In this document: positions 10,586 to 20,144 of the stretch, piece by piece
How positions within the stretch are numbered: position 1 is the first letter of the stretch
Layout: each line of letters opens with the position of its first letter
Sequence record: SRR31156797_3024
DNA length: 39,416 nt
Reading direction: 5' to 3' (one strand)
Position numbers and translations under genes: made by a program
The notes under the pieces: model-generated
Seen by the model: the letters and a program-made list of their open reading frames with translations, nothing else
The model's database searches: none
What the model was told of the DNA's origin: nothing

Positions 10586-11104
10586 TCAGGTTATTTTTCC
10601 TAAACGGCGTTTTTGCCAGCTTCGAACTACAGAGTATCGCCACAGACTGCGAATACCAAAATAACCAATAACAGAAGCCACAATTGAGCAGACTAAGCAG
10701 CCGAGTAAAAATGCCGGCGCAATGGAGCCCATTTGATTCATGAGAAATTCCCATGATAGTTCAAAGTGGAAATGTTGTGGCGGGACGTTAAGTATCCAAG
10801 CACCGATTTTGTAAGCCATGTAGAAAAGAAACGGCATAGTAATAGGGTTGCTTACCCATACAAGCGCAACAGATAACGGTAAGTTTACGCCACACATAAT
10901 TGCTAGCCCAGCTGACATTATCATTTGGCTAGGCAGTGGAACAAAAGCCATAAACAAACCGACTGCAAATGCACCTGCAGCCGAGCGGCGATTTAGACAC
11001 CATAAATTCGGGTTGTATAAGACATTGCCAAATATTTTTAATGCTTTTTGACGTTTTATAACGTCAGGTTTTGGCATAAATCGTCTAATGAATTTTCTTG
11101 GCAT
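10586..11104 (-). CDS. DUF2062-family membrane protein
   Basis: LWCLNRRSAAGAFAVGLFMAFVP and WVSNPIT motifs; divergent from comEC. Confidence 0.85.
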   Translation of the reverse strand: MPRKFIRRFMPKPDVIKRQKALKIFGNVLYNPNLWCLNRRSAAGAFAVGLFMAFVPLPSQMIMSAGLAIMCGVNLPLSVALVWVSNPITMPFLFYMAYKIGAWILNVPPQHFHFELSWEFLMNQMGSIAPAFLLGCLVCSIVASVIGYFGIRSLWRYSVVRSWQKRRLGKIT

Positions 11105-11112
11105 AGGGAACC

Positions 11113-13359
11113 ATGACTCTCTTTTCGAAAAATTGGACGCTTGCTTCGTTCTCGCTCACTGTTTTGTCATCGCCCTACTGGCCTTGGATGCCACCCTTGG
11201 GTTTTGCGCTATTTTGCCCTTTAGTGCTGGTTTTGAGCAGAAGGTCTGCTTTTATCAGATTTGGGGGCGGGATCGTGCTTGCTATGTTAGTGATAATAAC
11301 ACATAGCAATGCAGTTAAAACTCAATCCAGCAGCATTTTTCTAGCAGGGTCGGATATTATCATAAAAGGGGAAGTTGACAGCTTTTTTAAGCAAAATAGT
11401 TATGCTTATGAAGGTTCTGTTGTTGTGCATCAAGTTAATGGTCGGCAGACCGGTGCCATTTCCTCACCACGTATACAGTTGTACGCCCCAATACCCTTGT
11501 TTCCAGGGGATGAAGTTGAGTTTTCTGTTCGAGTAAAACCAATCACGGGGCGGCTCAATGAAGTCGGCTCTGATTTAGAAGCATTTGCCATGAGTCAGGG
11601 GATTGTGGCCCGAGCGACAGTAAAAACAGCGAGTGCTTTTACTGTTGTTTCGAAGCAAAACTGGCGTGAACAGGTTTACCAAACAGTGCTAACTGATACA
11701 TTCGCTTCGCCAGTGCAAGGGGTGATTCTAGCGTTAGTGCTGGGTGAGCGTTCTGAGGTAACCGCTGAACAGTGGCAAAAGTTTCGAGATAGTGGCTTAA
11801 TTCATTTAATTGCCATTTCAGGACTTCATATCGGCATTGCTTTTGGTTTTGGTTTCCTTTTCGGTTCTCTCCTTAGTCGACTGAGTAGCAGACTACTTTG
11901 GTTGCCCATTGTGTTGGGAGCTATGTGTGCATTCTGCTATGCCTGGTTAGCGGGTTTCTCGTTACCAACGCAACGGGCTTTGATCATGTGTTTGCTCAAT
12001 GCTGTCATCATTTTTACCAGAGCGAATCTATCGCTTACGCAACGAATACTCATCACGTTAGCGGCCGTACTGACGTTTGATCCATTCTCATCACTTGCTA
12101 ACGGCTTTTGGCTATCTTTCATCGCAGTGTGCTTGGTTCTTTATCTTGTTCAAGTGACACAAACAATGACAAAGTGGCAACGCATTGTTTGCTCCCAGTC
12201 TATGCTGGTGTTGTTAATGGCTCCGGTTAGTATCTACTTTTTCGGTGGTGTAAGTTGGACTTCTGTGTTGTTCAACCTAATTTTTATTCCTTGGTTCTCT
12301 TTTGTCGTTGTGCCTTTGCTGTTTATTGGAATATGGTCGTCGTTGGCCGCTTTCCCTTTTTCAGTCTCTATCTGGCAACTCGCCAGTTTTAGCTTCCAAC
12401 CGTTAACTTGGGCTTTAGAACAGGTGACATCTGGGTGGCTTCCCGTTTCAGAGCGTTGGCAGTGGCTAATATTCAGTTTGGCGGTGGTTTGGTTGTTGAG
12501 AAGTGTTCTAAGTGGGTATTCGCTAACGTTTAGCTTGCTGCTCTGTATTGGCTGGATAACTTCGGATGAGCGGAAGCCGCAAGATTATTGGCAGTTAGAT
12601 GTGCTCGATGTTGGACATGGACTGTCGGTTTTAATTGAAAAAAATGGCCAATTTTTGTTGTACGACACCGGAAGCGGTTGGCGAAATGGGAGTTACGTAA
12701 GTTCAGTCGTTACGCCGCTTATTGTCAAACGTGGCGCACCTTCTTTGCATACCGTTATTTATAGTCACTTGGATGGCGATCACGCCGGGGGGCGGCACGA
12801 TGTTATGTCTCAACTTAACCCGAGCTATGTTTACGCCAGTCAGCCACTGGAAAACAGCTTGGCCTGTGTTAGAGGTCATCAATGGTATTGGCAAGGTTTA
12901 CAATTCACGGTGGTTTGGCCGCCTAAACTGGTTGAACGTGCTTATAACTTGCACTCGTGTGTGATTCGCATCGAAGATAAACAATACGGACATAGCGTGC
13001 TGCTTTCCGGCGATGTGACCGCGGCTGGTGAGTGGTTACTCGCACGAGATGATGTAAATATCAAGAGTGACATCATGCTTGTTCCTCACCACGGCAGTAA
13101 AACCTCTTCAACCCGTCGCTTTATAGAAACTATCAACCCCGAAGTTGCCATCGCCTCTTTAGCCAAAGGCAATCGCTGGAATTTGCCAAACCCTGAAGTG
13201 GTGGCTAGATATCAAAATCTAGGCGTCAAATGGTTAGATACCGGAGAAGCTGGACAAGTCTCGGTAAAATTTAGGGCAGAAAACCGGCACTTATCGACTT
13301 TAAGGCACCACGAGCGACAGCCATGGTATAGGCAGATGCTACGTAAAGGAGTAGAATAA
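11113..13359 (+). CDS. comEC: DNA-uptake competence channel ComEC/Rec2
   Basis: HLIAISGLH competence motif, many TM segments, metallo-beta-lactamase domain (LDVGHG, YDTG, HLDGDHAGG, GD, PHHGS). Confidence 0.95.
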   Translation: MTLFSKNWTLASFSLTVLSSPYWPWMPPLGFALFCPLVLVLSRRSAFIRFGGGIVLAMLVIITHSNAVKTQSSSIFLAGSDIIIKGEVDSFFKQNSYAYEGSVVVHQVNGRQTGAISSPRIQLYAPIPLFPGDEVEFSVRVKPITGRLNEVGSDLEAFAMSQGIVARATVKTASAFTVVSKQNWREQVYQTVLTDTFASPVQGVILALVLGERSEVTAEQWQKFRDSGLIHLIAISGLHIGIAFGFGFLFGSLLSRLSSRLLWLPIVLGAMCAFCYAWLAGFSLPTQRALIMCLLNAVIIFTRANLSLTQRILITLAAVLTFDPFSSLANGFWLSFIAVCLVLYLVQVTQTMTKWQRIVCSQSMLVLLMAPVSIYFFGGVSWTSVLFNLIFIPWFSFVVVPLLFIGIWSSLAAFPFSVSIWQLASFSFQPLTWALEQVTSGWLPVSERWQWLIFSLAVVWLLRSVLSGYSLTFSLLLCIGWITSDERKPQDYWQLDVLDVGHGLSVLIEKNGQFLLYDTGSGWRNGSYVSSVVTPLIVKRGAPSLHTVIYSHLDGDHAGGRHDVMSQLNPSYVYASQPLENSLACVRGHQWYWQGLQFTVVWPPKLVERAYNLHSCVIRIEDKQYGHSVLLSGDVTAAGEWLLARDDVNIKSDIMLVPHHGSKTSSTRRFIETINPEVAIASLAKGNRWNLPNPEVVARYQNLGVKWLDTGEAGQVSVKFRAENRHLSTLRHHERQPWYRQMLRKGVE

Positions 13360-13391
13360 CCGCAATATTGTAATAAGAAAAAAGCATATTT

Positions 13392-15140
13392 ATGTCATCA
13401 AATACTGACGAAACAACGTGGCAAACCTTTAAACGTTTATGGACTTATATCCGTCTTTATAAAGCTGGTCTGGTTGTGGCGGTGATTGCACTGATTGTCA
13501 ATGCAGTTTCAGATACCTATATGATTTCTTTGCTAAAACCACTTCTCGATGAAGGTTTCGGTAACGCTGAATCTGATTTCTTAGTTATTTTGCCGTTCAT
13601 TATTCTTGGAGTGATGTTTATCCGAGGCTTAAGTGGCTTCGTCTCTTCCTATTGCCTTAGTTGGGTCTCGGGTAATGTCGTGATGTTAATGCGCCGCGCT
13701 ATTTTCCATCAGTTTATGCACATGCCGGTTAGCTTTTTTGATAAAGAGCCAACGGGCAGTCTACTTTCCCGAATTACTTACGATTCAGAACAAGTGTCAG
13801 GAGCCACCAGCCGTGCGTTGGTGAGTATTGTACGTGAAGGTGCGAGCATTATTGGTTTGCTCGTACTGATGTTCTGGAATAGCTGGCAGTTGTCATTGGT
13901 TTTAATTGTGGTGGCACCGGTTGTAGCCGTGGGCATTGGTGTCGTTTCTAAGCGTTTCCGTAAGATATCTAAGAACATGCAAACCACTATGGGAGATGTG
14001 ACGTCTTCGGCTGAGCAAATGCTAAAAGGCCACAAAGTGGTTTTGAGCTACGGTGGTCAAGAAGTAGAGCGTGAGCGTTTTGATGATGTTAGTAACCGTA
14101 TGCGCCAACAAACCATGAAGCTGGTTGCTGCTCAGTCTATTGCTAACCCAGTGATTCAAATGATTGCTTCGTTAGCACTTGTTACCGTACTTTTCCTTGC
14201 CAGTAATGACAGTATTCGTGAAACCTTAACTCCGGGTACATTTACCGTCGTTTTCTCAGCTATGTTTGGTTTAATGCGTCCATTAAAAGCACTGACTAAC
14301 GTAACATCTGAGTTCCAAAGGGGTATGGCTGCGAGTTCAACACTGTTTAACTTGATGGATCTGGACACCGAACGTGACACCGGAACTTTCGAAACGGATA
14401 ACGTTCGCGGTGATATCGCAGTGAAAGATGTGACGTTTACTTATGCAGGGAAAGAAAAACCAGCGCTAGCGAACGTCTCTTTTGATATACCACAAGGTAA
14501 AACGGTAGCGTTAGTAGGGCGTTCAGGTTCAGGTAAATCGACGATCGCGAATCTATTTACTCGTTTTTACGATGTTGATTCAGGAGCGATTTGCTTAGAT
14601 GGACATGATGTTCGTGATTTCAAATTGACTAACTTGCGTCAACACTTCGCTTTGGTTTCGCAAAACGTGCATTTGTTCAATGACACCATCGCTAACAATA
14701 TCGCTTATGCCGCTGAGGGTGACTACACCCGTGAGCAAATTGAAGAAGCGGCTCGTCTAGCGCATGCGATGGAGTTCATTAATGCAATGGACGACGGTTT
14801 AGATACGGTTATCGGTGAGAATGGTACCAGTTTGTCTGGCGGTCAGCGTCAGCGTATAGCTATTGCCCGTGCATTACTTCGTGATGCTCCAGTGCTGATT
14901 CTTGATGAGGCAACTTCCGCACTTGATACTGAGTCAGAACGCGCGATTCAAGCAGCATTGGATGAACTGCAAAAGAATAAAACCGTACTGGTGATTGCAC
15001 ACCGTTTATCAACCATTGAGCAAGCTGATCAAATTTTGGTGGTTGATGAAGGCGAAATCATCGAACGTGGTCAACACGCTGAGCTGATTGCTCAGGATGG
15101 CGCGTATGCACAGCTACATCGTATTCAGTTCGGTGAGTAA
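13392..15140 (+). CDS. msbA: Lipid A-core flippase MsbA
   Basis: 582 aa ABC half-transporter; [25 protein letters not shown]; upstream of lpxK. Confidence 0.97.
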   Translation: MSSNTDETTWQTFKRLWTYIRLYKAGLVVAVIALIVNAVSDTYMISLLKPLLDEGFGNAESDFLVILPFIILGVMFIRGLSGFVSSYCLSWVSGNVVMLMRRAIFHQFMHMPVSFFDKEPTGSLLSRITYDSEQVSGATSRALVSIVREGASIIGLLVLMFWNSWQLSLVLIVVAPVVAVGIGVVSKRFRKISKNMQTTMGDVTSSAEQMLKGHKVVLSYGGQEVERERFDDVSNRMRQQTMKLVAAQSIANPVIQMIASLALVTVLFLASNDSIRETLTPGTFTVVFSAMFGLMRPLKALTNVTSEFQRGMAASSTLFNLMDLDTERDTGTFETDNVRGDIAVKDVTFTYAGKEKPALANVSFDIPQGKTVALVGRSGSGKSTIANLFTRFYDVDSGAICLDGHDVRDFKLTNLRQHFALVSQNVHLFNDTIANNIAYAAEGDYTREQIEEAARLAHAMEFINAMDDGLDTVIGENGTSLSGGQRQRIAIARALLRDAPVLILDEATSALDTESERAIQAALDELQKNKTVLVIAHRLSTIEQADQILVVDEGEIIERGQHAELIAQDGAYAQLHRIQFGE

Positions 15141-15143
15141 GCT

Positions 15144-16151
15144 GTGATTGAAAAAATCTGGTTTCAGAATCACCCTATTCGGTTTTTGTTATGGCCACTG
15201 CTGTGGCCACTAAGTTTGATTTTCAAATCGATCAGCCGTTCTCGCAGGCAAGCTTTTCAATCTGGAAAAAAAGCCAGCTACAAAGCACCGGTTCCAGTGA
15301 TTGTTGTCGGTAATATCACTGCTGGTGGTAATGGAAAAACACCAGTGGTGATCTGGCTGGTGGAAACACTGCAACAGCTAGGTTTTAAACCAGGTGTTGT
15401 CTCAAGAGGTTATGGCGCGAAAGCTCCGAACTATCCATTATTGGTTGAGGCCGATACGTCGACGTCCCATTGTGGCGATGAGCCAAAGCTTATTTATCAA
15501 AGAACTAAAGCCCCAGTGGCGGTTGACCCTGTTCGTTCAGAAGCTGTCAAAGCGTTATTGAAGCACAAGGTTGATATTGTTATCACGGATGACGGTTTAC
15601 AGCATTATGCGTTAGAGCGTGATGTCGAGTTTGCGGTGGTTGATGGTGTCAGGCGCTTCGGCAACGAGCAAATGATACCGCTTGGCCCATTACGTGAGCC
15701 TATCTCTCGCTTAAAAGAAGTGGATTTTACTATTACTAATGGCGGACAGGCACAGGCTGGAGAGGTGGCAATGTCACTTAAGCCGGATCTTGCGGTTAAT
15801 ATGTTGACAGGAGAGAAAGTGGATGTCGCAACGCTGAGTAACGTTGTGGCGTGGGCTGGCATCGGTCATCCACCTAGATTTTTTAATACCTTACGTGAGC
15901 TAGGAGCAGAACCTATCGTGACGCATGGCTTTGCAGACCATCAAGATTTTGATGCTTCACAGCTATTTGAGTTAGCTGCACGTGGGGATCATGTCATAAT
16001 GACTGAAAAAGACGCGGTAAAATGTGCTGGATTTGCTAAAGAGAATTGGTGGTTCTTACCGGTCTCTGCAAGTATCTCTCATCAAGATGAACAGCATATT
16101 GTGGAAACAATTAAAGAGGTAATGGAACAGTATGGATCACCGTCTGCTTGA
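15144..16151 (+). CDS. lpxK: Tetraacyldisaccharide 4'-kinase
   Basis: [39 protein letters not shown]. Confidence 0.97.
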   Translation: MIEKIWFQNHPIRFLLWPLLWPLSLIFKSISRSRRQAFQSGKKASYKAPVPVIVVGNITAGGNGKTPVVIWLVETLQQLGFKPGVVSRGYGAKAPNYPLLVEADTSTSHCGDEPKLIYQRTKAPVAVDPVRSEAVKALLKHKVDIVITDDGLQHYALERDVEFAVVDGVRRFGNEQMIPLGPLREPISRLKEVDFTITNGGQAQAGEVAMSLKPDLAVNMLTGEKVDVATLSNVVAWAGIGHPPRFFNTLRELGAEPIVTHGFADHQDFDASQLFELAARGDHVIMTEKDAVKCAGFAKENWWFLPVSASISHQDEQHIVETIKEVMEQYGSPSA

Positions 16152-16311
16152 AATCGTTGCTTGTCCACTTTGTAAAGGCAAGTTGGCGTACGACAAAGAT
16201 AAACAAGAGCTTATTTGTAAGTTTGATCGACTTGCTTATCCTATTAAAGAGGGCATTCCTGTTCTGCTTGAGCCAGAAGCTCGAACTATGTCTATGGAAG
16301 AGGGACGCTAA
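16132..16311 (+). CDS. ycaR: Trm112-family (UPF0434) protein YcaR, 59 aa; not in ORF track
   Basis: Translated by hand: [59 protein letters not shown]. Overlaps the lpxK end, and its TAA overlaps the kdsB ATG (TAATG). Confidence 0.93.
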   Translation: MDHRLLEIVACPLCKGKLAYDKDKQELICKFDRLAYPIKEGIPVLLEPEARTMSMEEGR

Positions 16312-17063
16312 TGTCTTTTACGGTTGTAATACCCGCGCGTTATCAATCTACTCGTTTACCTGGTAAGCCTTTGGCTGATATTGGTGGCAAGCCTATGATT
16401 CAGTGGGTTTATGAGCAATCATTGCTGGCAGGCGCAGAGCGCGTAATTATCGCGACTGATGACAGCCGAGTAGAGCAAGTGGTTAAAGGTTTTGGTGGTA
16501 CCGTCTGTATGACCTCACCAGATCACCAGTCGGGTACAGAACGTTTGGCAGAAGTGGTGTCTTTAATGGGTATTGAAGAAGACCACATTATTGTTAACGT
16601 GCAGGGTGACGAGCCTCTTGTTCCGCCTGCGATTATTCGTCAGGTGGCGGATAATCTCGCCATGAGTCAGGCTCCGATGGCAACATTGGCGGTCGAGATT
16701 AAAGATCAGGAAGAGGTGTTTAACCCGAACGCAGTTAAAGTGGTGACCGATAGTGAAGGTTATGCGCTCTATTTTAGCCGTGCGACCATCCCATGGGATC
16801 GTGACAACTTTGCTGCGGACGATAAAGCCATTGTGCAACCGCTAATGCGCCATATCGGTATTTATGCCTATCGAGCAGGTTTTATCAATACTTATATTAA
16901 TTGGCAGCCAAGCCAATTGGAAAAAATTGAGTGTTTAGAGCAGCTTCGCGTACTGTGGTACGGTGAGAAAATTCATGTTGCTGTTGCTGTAGAAGCGCCG
17001 CCTGCGGGAGTTGATACCCCGGAAGATTTAGAAACGGTAAGACGTATTATCGCCAATCGATAA
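16311..17063 (+). CDS. kdsB: 3-deoxy-manno-octulosonate cytidylyltransferase
   Basis: [42 protein letters not shown]. Confidence 0.97.
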   Translation: MSFTVVIPARYQSTRLPGKPLADIGGKPMIQWVYEQSLLAGAERVIIATDDSRVEQVVKGFGGTVCMTSPDHQSGTERLAEVVSLMGIEEDHIIVNVQGDEPLVPPAIIRQVADNLAMSQAPMATLAVEIKDQEEVFNPNAVKVVTDSEGYALYFSRATIPWDRDNFAADDKAIVQPLMRHIGIYAYRAGFINTYINWQPSQLEKIECLEQLRVLWYGEKIHVAVAVEAPPAGVDTPEDLETVRRIIANR

Positions 17064-17090
17064 ACAACGTTGTTAGCCAATCGAAATAAG

Positions 17091-17117
17091 AAAGCCCCAA
17101 ATAAAATTTGGGGCTTT
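17091..17117. terminator. Intrinsic terminator between convergent kdsB and ycgB
   Basis: AAAGCCCCAAAT-AAA-ATTTGGGGCTTT inverted repeat. Confidence 0.8.
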
Positions 17118-17172
17118 GTCTTAAGATTCAACAAAAAAGTGTTAGGTTAAATGTTGTGTGCCCTAAGAAGCG

Positions 17173-18717
17173 TCACCTTTCGTGGTCGTTCTTACTCGGG
17201 CAGGTTGCGAGGATCTCTCTTCTTCCAGTGTCTTTTACCTCCTCTAATTTGACTTCAAAACCCCATAGGCGATGCATGTGTTTTAGTACCTCCTCGTAGC
17301 TTGGGTCTAAAGGAATTCGATCGTGTGGGACATACTGCAATGTAATTGAGCGGTCACCACGGACGTCGACGCTGAACACTTGGATGTTCGGCTCCAAGTT
17401 GCTTAAGTTGTACTGGGCTGCAAGCTTTTCTCTGATTTTTCTATAACCGGTGTCATCGTGAATGGCTGACACTTCGATGAAATTTTTCCTATCATCATCA
17501 GTAATCGAAAATAGTTTAAAGTCACGAATGACCTTGGGTGATAAATACTGACTGATGAAGCTTTCATCTTTAAAGTTATGCATCGCAAAATGCACGGCAT
17601 CTAACCAGTTAGTTCCTGCTAACTCTGGGAACCATTCGTAGTCCTCATCGGTTGGGTTTTCACACATGCGCTTAATGTCAGTGAACATCGCAAAACCTAA
17701 CGCATAGGGGTTGATACCACTAAAGTAAGGGCTGTTATACGCTGGTTGCGCCACGACACTGGTATGGCTGTGCAAAAATTCAAGAATGAATTTATCGGTC
17801 ACTAAACCTTCGTCATACAGATGATTAAGAATGGTGTAGTGCCAGAATGTCGCCCAACCTTCGTTCATTACTTGGGTTTGTTTTTGCGGGTAGAAGTATT
17901 GACTAACTTTACGAACAATACGCACGATTTCTCGTTGCCAAGGCTCGAGTAACGGCGCGTGTTTTTCTATGAAATAAAGTATGTTTTCTTGTGGCTCGCT
18001 GGGAAAGCGACGAGCAGCATCATCTTCAGTGGCTTTTTGCGGTACGGTACGCCATAAAGCATTCACTTGAGACTGTAGGTACGCTTCTCTCTCTTCCTGG
18101 CGTGCTTTTTCTTCGGCTATCGATATTTTCTCCGGACGTTTGTAACGGTCAACGCCGTAGTTCATTAACGCATGGCAAGAATCGAGTAAGCGCTCGACAT
18201 CATCGACCCCATACTTTTCTTCACATTCGGCAATGTAGTTTTTGGCGAATAGCAGGTAATCAATGATTGAGCTGGCGTCTGTCCAGGTTTGGAACAGATA
18301 GTTGCCTTTGAAGAATGAGTTGTGACCATAACTGGCATGAGCCATGACTAATGCCTGCATGGTCACAGTGTTTTCTTCCATCAAATAAGCGATACACGGG
18401 TCAGAGTTAATGACGATTTCATAGGCTAACCCCATTTGTCCGTGTTTGTAATTCTGTTCAGTGTGGATGAACTTCTTACCAAAAGACCAATGGCTATAAT
18501 TAATGGGCATACCAATACTGGAGTAGGCATCCATCATTTGTTCTGAGGTAATCACCTCAATTTGATTTTCGTATGTGTCTAGGCGATAGAACTCGGCCAC
18601 ACGCTTAATCTCTGTGTGGTACTGCTCCAGAAGATCAAATGTCCAGTCTGGACCATCAGGTAACGCTTTTGACTTCGTAGTGCGTTTTTTTGTTGGTGCT
18701 TTAGATTTTGTCGTCAT
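17173..18717 (-). CDS. ycgB: SpoVR-family protein
   Basis: HWSFGK, LAYEIVIN, HASYGHNSFFK, TQVMNEGWATFWH, NPYALG. ATG at 18717 follows a GGAG RBS. Confidence 0.93.
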   Translation of the reverse strand: MTTKSKAPTKKRTTKSKALPDGPDWTFDLLEQYHTEIKRVAEFYRLDTYENQIEVITSEQMMDAYSSIGMPINYSHWSFGKKFIHTEQNYKHGQMGLAYEIVINSDPCIAYLMEENTVTMQALVMAHASYGHNSFFKGNYLFQTWTDASSIIDYLLFAKNYIAECEEKYGVDDVERLLDSCHALMNYGVDRYKRPEKISIAEEKARQEEREAYLQSQVNALWRTVPQKATEDDAARRFPSEPQENILYFIEKHAPLLEPWQREIVRIVRKVSQYFYPQKQTQVMNEGWATFWHYTILNHLYDEGLVTDKFILEFLHSHTSVVAQPAYNSPYFSGINPYALGFAMFTDIKRMCENPTDEDYEWFPELAGTNWLDAVHFAMHNFKDESFISQYLSPKVIRDFKLFSITDDDRKNFIEVSAIHDDTGYRKIREKLAAQYNLSNLEPNIQVFSVDVRGDRSITLQYVPHDRIPLDPSYEEVLKHMHRLWGFEVKLEEVKDTGRREILATCPSKNDHER

Positions 18718-18729
18718 GCGCACTTCTCC

Positions 18730-20001
18730 CTATGCAGTTTCCTTTTGAAATAGCTCCCTAAACACAGGGAAGATATCTTCAACACTACGAATGTTCTTCA
18801 TAGCAAAGTTGGCAAAACCGGGTTGAAGCTTTTCATACTCATGCCACAAGGTTTGATGCGAACGACGCGTGATCTCTATGTAGGCATAGTATTGGCAAGC
18901 AGGTAACAGTTTTTCAGTGAGGAGTTCTTTACAGCGCGGAGAATCGTCTGCCCAGTTATCACCATCTGATGCCTGAGCACCATAAATGTTCCACTCTCCT
19001 AACGGATAGCGTTCTTTGACGATTTCATCCATGAGCTTTAAGGCACTCGAAACAATCGTACCACCCGTTTCTTGAGAGTAGAAAAACTCTTGCTCATCGA
19101 CTTCTTTCGCTTGTGTATGGTGGCGTATGAAGACGACTTCGACGTTCTGGTAAGTACGATTTAGGAACAGATACAGCAGAACATAAAAGCGTTTGGCGAT
19201 GTCTTTGGTGGCTTGGTCCATGGAGCCTGATACATCCATCAGACAAAACATTACAGCCTGACTCGACGGGATAGGGCGCTTTTCGTAATTTTTAAAGCGT
19301 AAATCGAAAGTATCGATGAACGGAACACTCTCAATTTTTGCTCTCAGTTCTTCTATCTCCTGTTTGATACGTTTTTCTTCCAGCAGTTGTGCTGGCTCGG
19401 CGGCTTTAATTCGTTCTAGCTCACCTTCGAGCTCTTTCATTAAACGACGCTTGTTGGCTGTCATCGCTGTCCGACGAGCAAGAGACTGTTGTAACGAACG
19501 AACGATGGCGATGTTGGATGCAGACCCCGCGGTTTGATAACCCGCGCGATGCGTTTTCCATTCCGTGATTTTGTTTATCTGATTTTTTTCGAGGTTGGGT
19601 AGCTCTAAATCTTCAAACAGAATATCCAAATACTCATCTTTCGAGATTTGGAATACAAATTCATCTTCACCTTCACCATCTGGGCTAGCGTCACCTTCAC
19701 CAGCTCCGCCACCTTGACCACCGCCTTTAGGGCGCTCTATTTTGTCGCCGCGGATAAATTGATCGTTACCCGGGTGGACGCGCTCCCGCATGCCCCCTTT
19801 ACCCTGATGGAAAATTGGCTCTTTGATATCTTTATTTGGAATCGAAACATCTTCACCCGTCTCGGTATTGGTAATTGAGCGACGGTTAACAGCGTCGGCG
19901 ACGGATTCTTTGATTTGCTCTTTGTAACGGCGTAGGAAGCGCTGCCTGTTTACAGCACTTTTATTCTTACCGTTTAATCGTCTATCGATAAATTGCGGCA
20001 T
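18730..20001 (-). CDS. yeaH: YeaH/YhbH (DUF444) protein with VWA/MIDAS motif
   Basis: [19 protein letters not shown]-terminus, Gly-rich linker, MDVSGSM (DxSxS), GGT and SDGDN. Confidence 0.93.
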   Translation of the reverse strand: MPQFIDRRLNGKNKSAVNRQRFLRRYKEQIKESVADAVNRRSITNTETGEDVSIPNKDIKEPIFHQGKGGMRERVHPGNDQFIRGDKIERPKGGGQGGGAGEGDASPDGEGEDEFVFQISKDEYLDILFEDLELPNLEKNQINKITEWKTHRAGYQTAGSASNIAIVRSLQQSLARRTAMTANKRRLMKELEGELERIKAAEPAQLLEEKRIKQEIEELRAKIESVPFIDTFDLRFKNYEKRPIPSSQAVMFCLMDVSGSMDQATKDIAKRFYVLLYLFLNRTYQNVEVVFIRHHTQAKEVDEQEFFYSQETGGTIVSSALKLMDEIVKERYPLGEWNIYGAQASDGDNWADDSPRCKELLTEKLLPACQYYAYIEITRRSHQTLWHEYEKLQPGFANFAMKNIRSVEDIFPVFRELFQKETA

Positions 20002-20144
20002 GAGTCCCCCTGTTTACATCACGCTATATCCTTTTAGCTAAATGCTTGGACAGTGCCAGCTCTCAATCGCACTTTGCTGAGCAGCGATTGAGAAGCTGTG
20101 TGCCTTTGCCTAAAACACTATTAAGGCATAGTTCGTTGGGTTCA

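Noticed and set aside
10963-10979. CRP-S site for comEC inside DUF2062 (TGCAA-N6-CTGCA)
   Set aside because: Only 7/10 match and explained by Ala codons of the DUF2062 gene.
16148-16366. 72-aa ORF from the track between lpxK and kdsB
   Set aside because: Wrong frame; the real gene is ycaR at 16132-16311.
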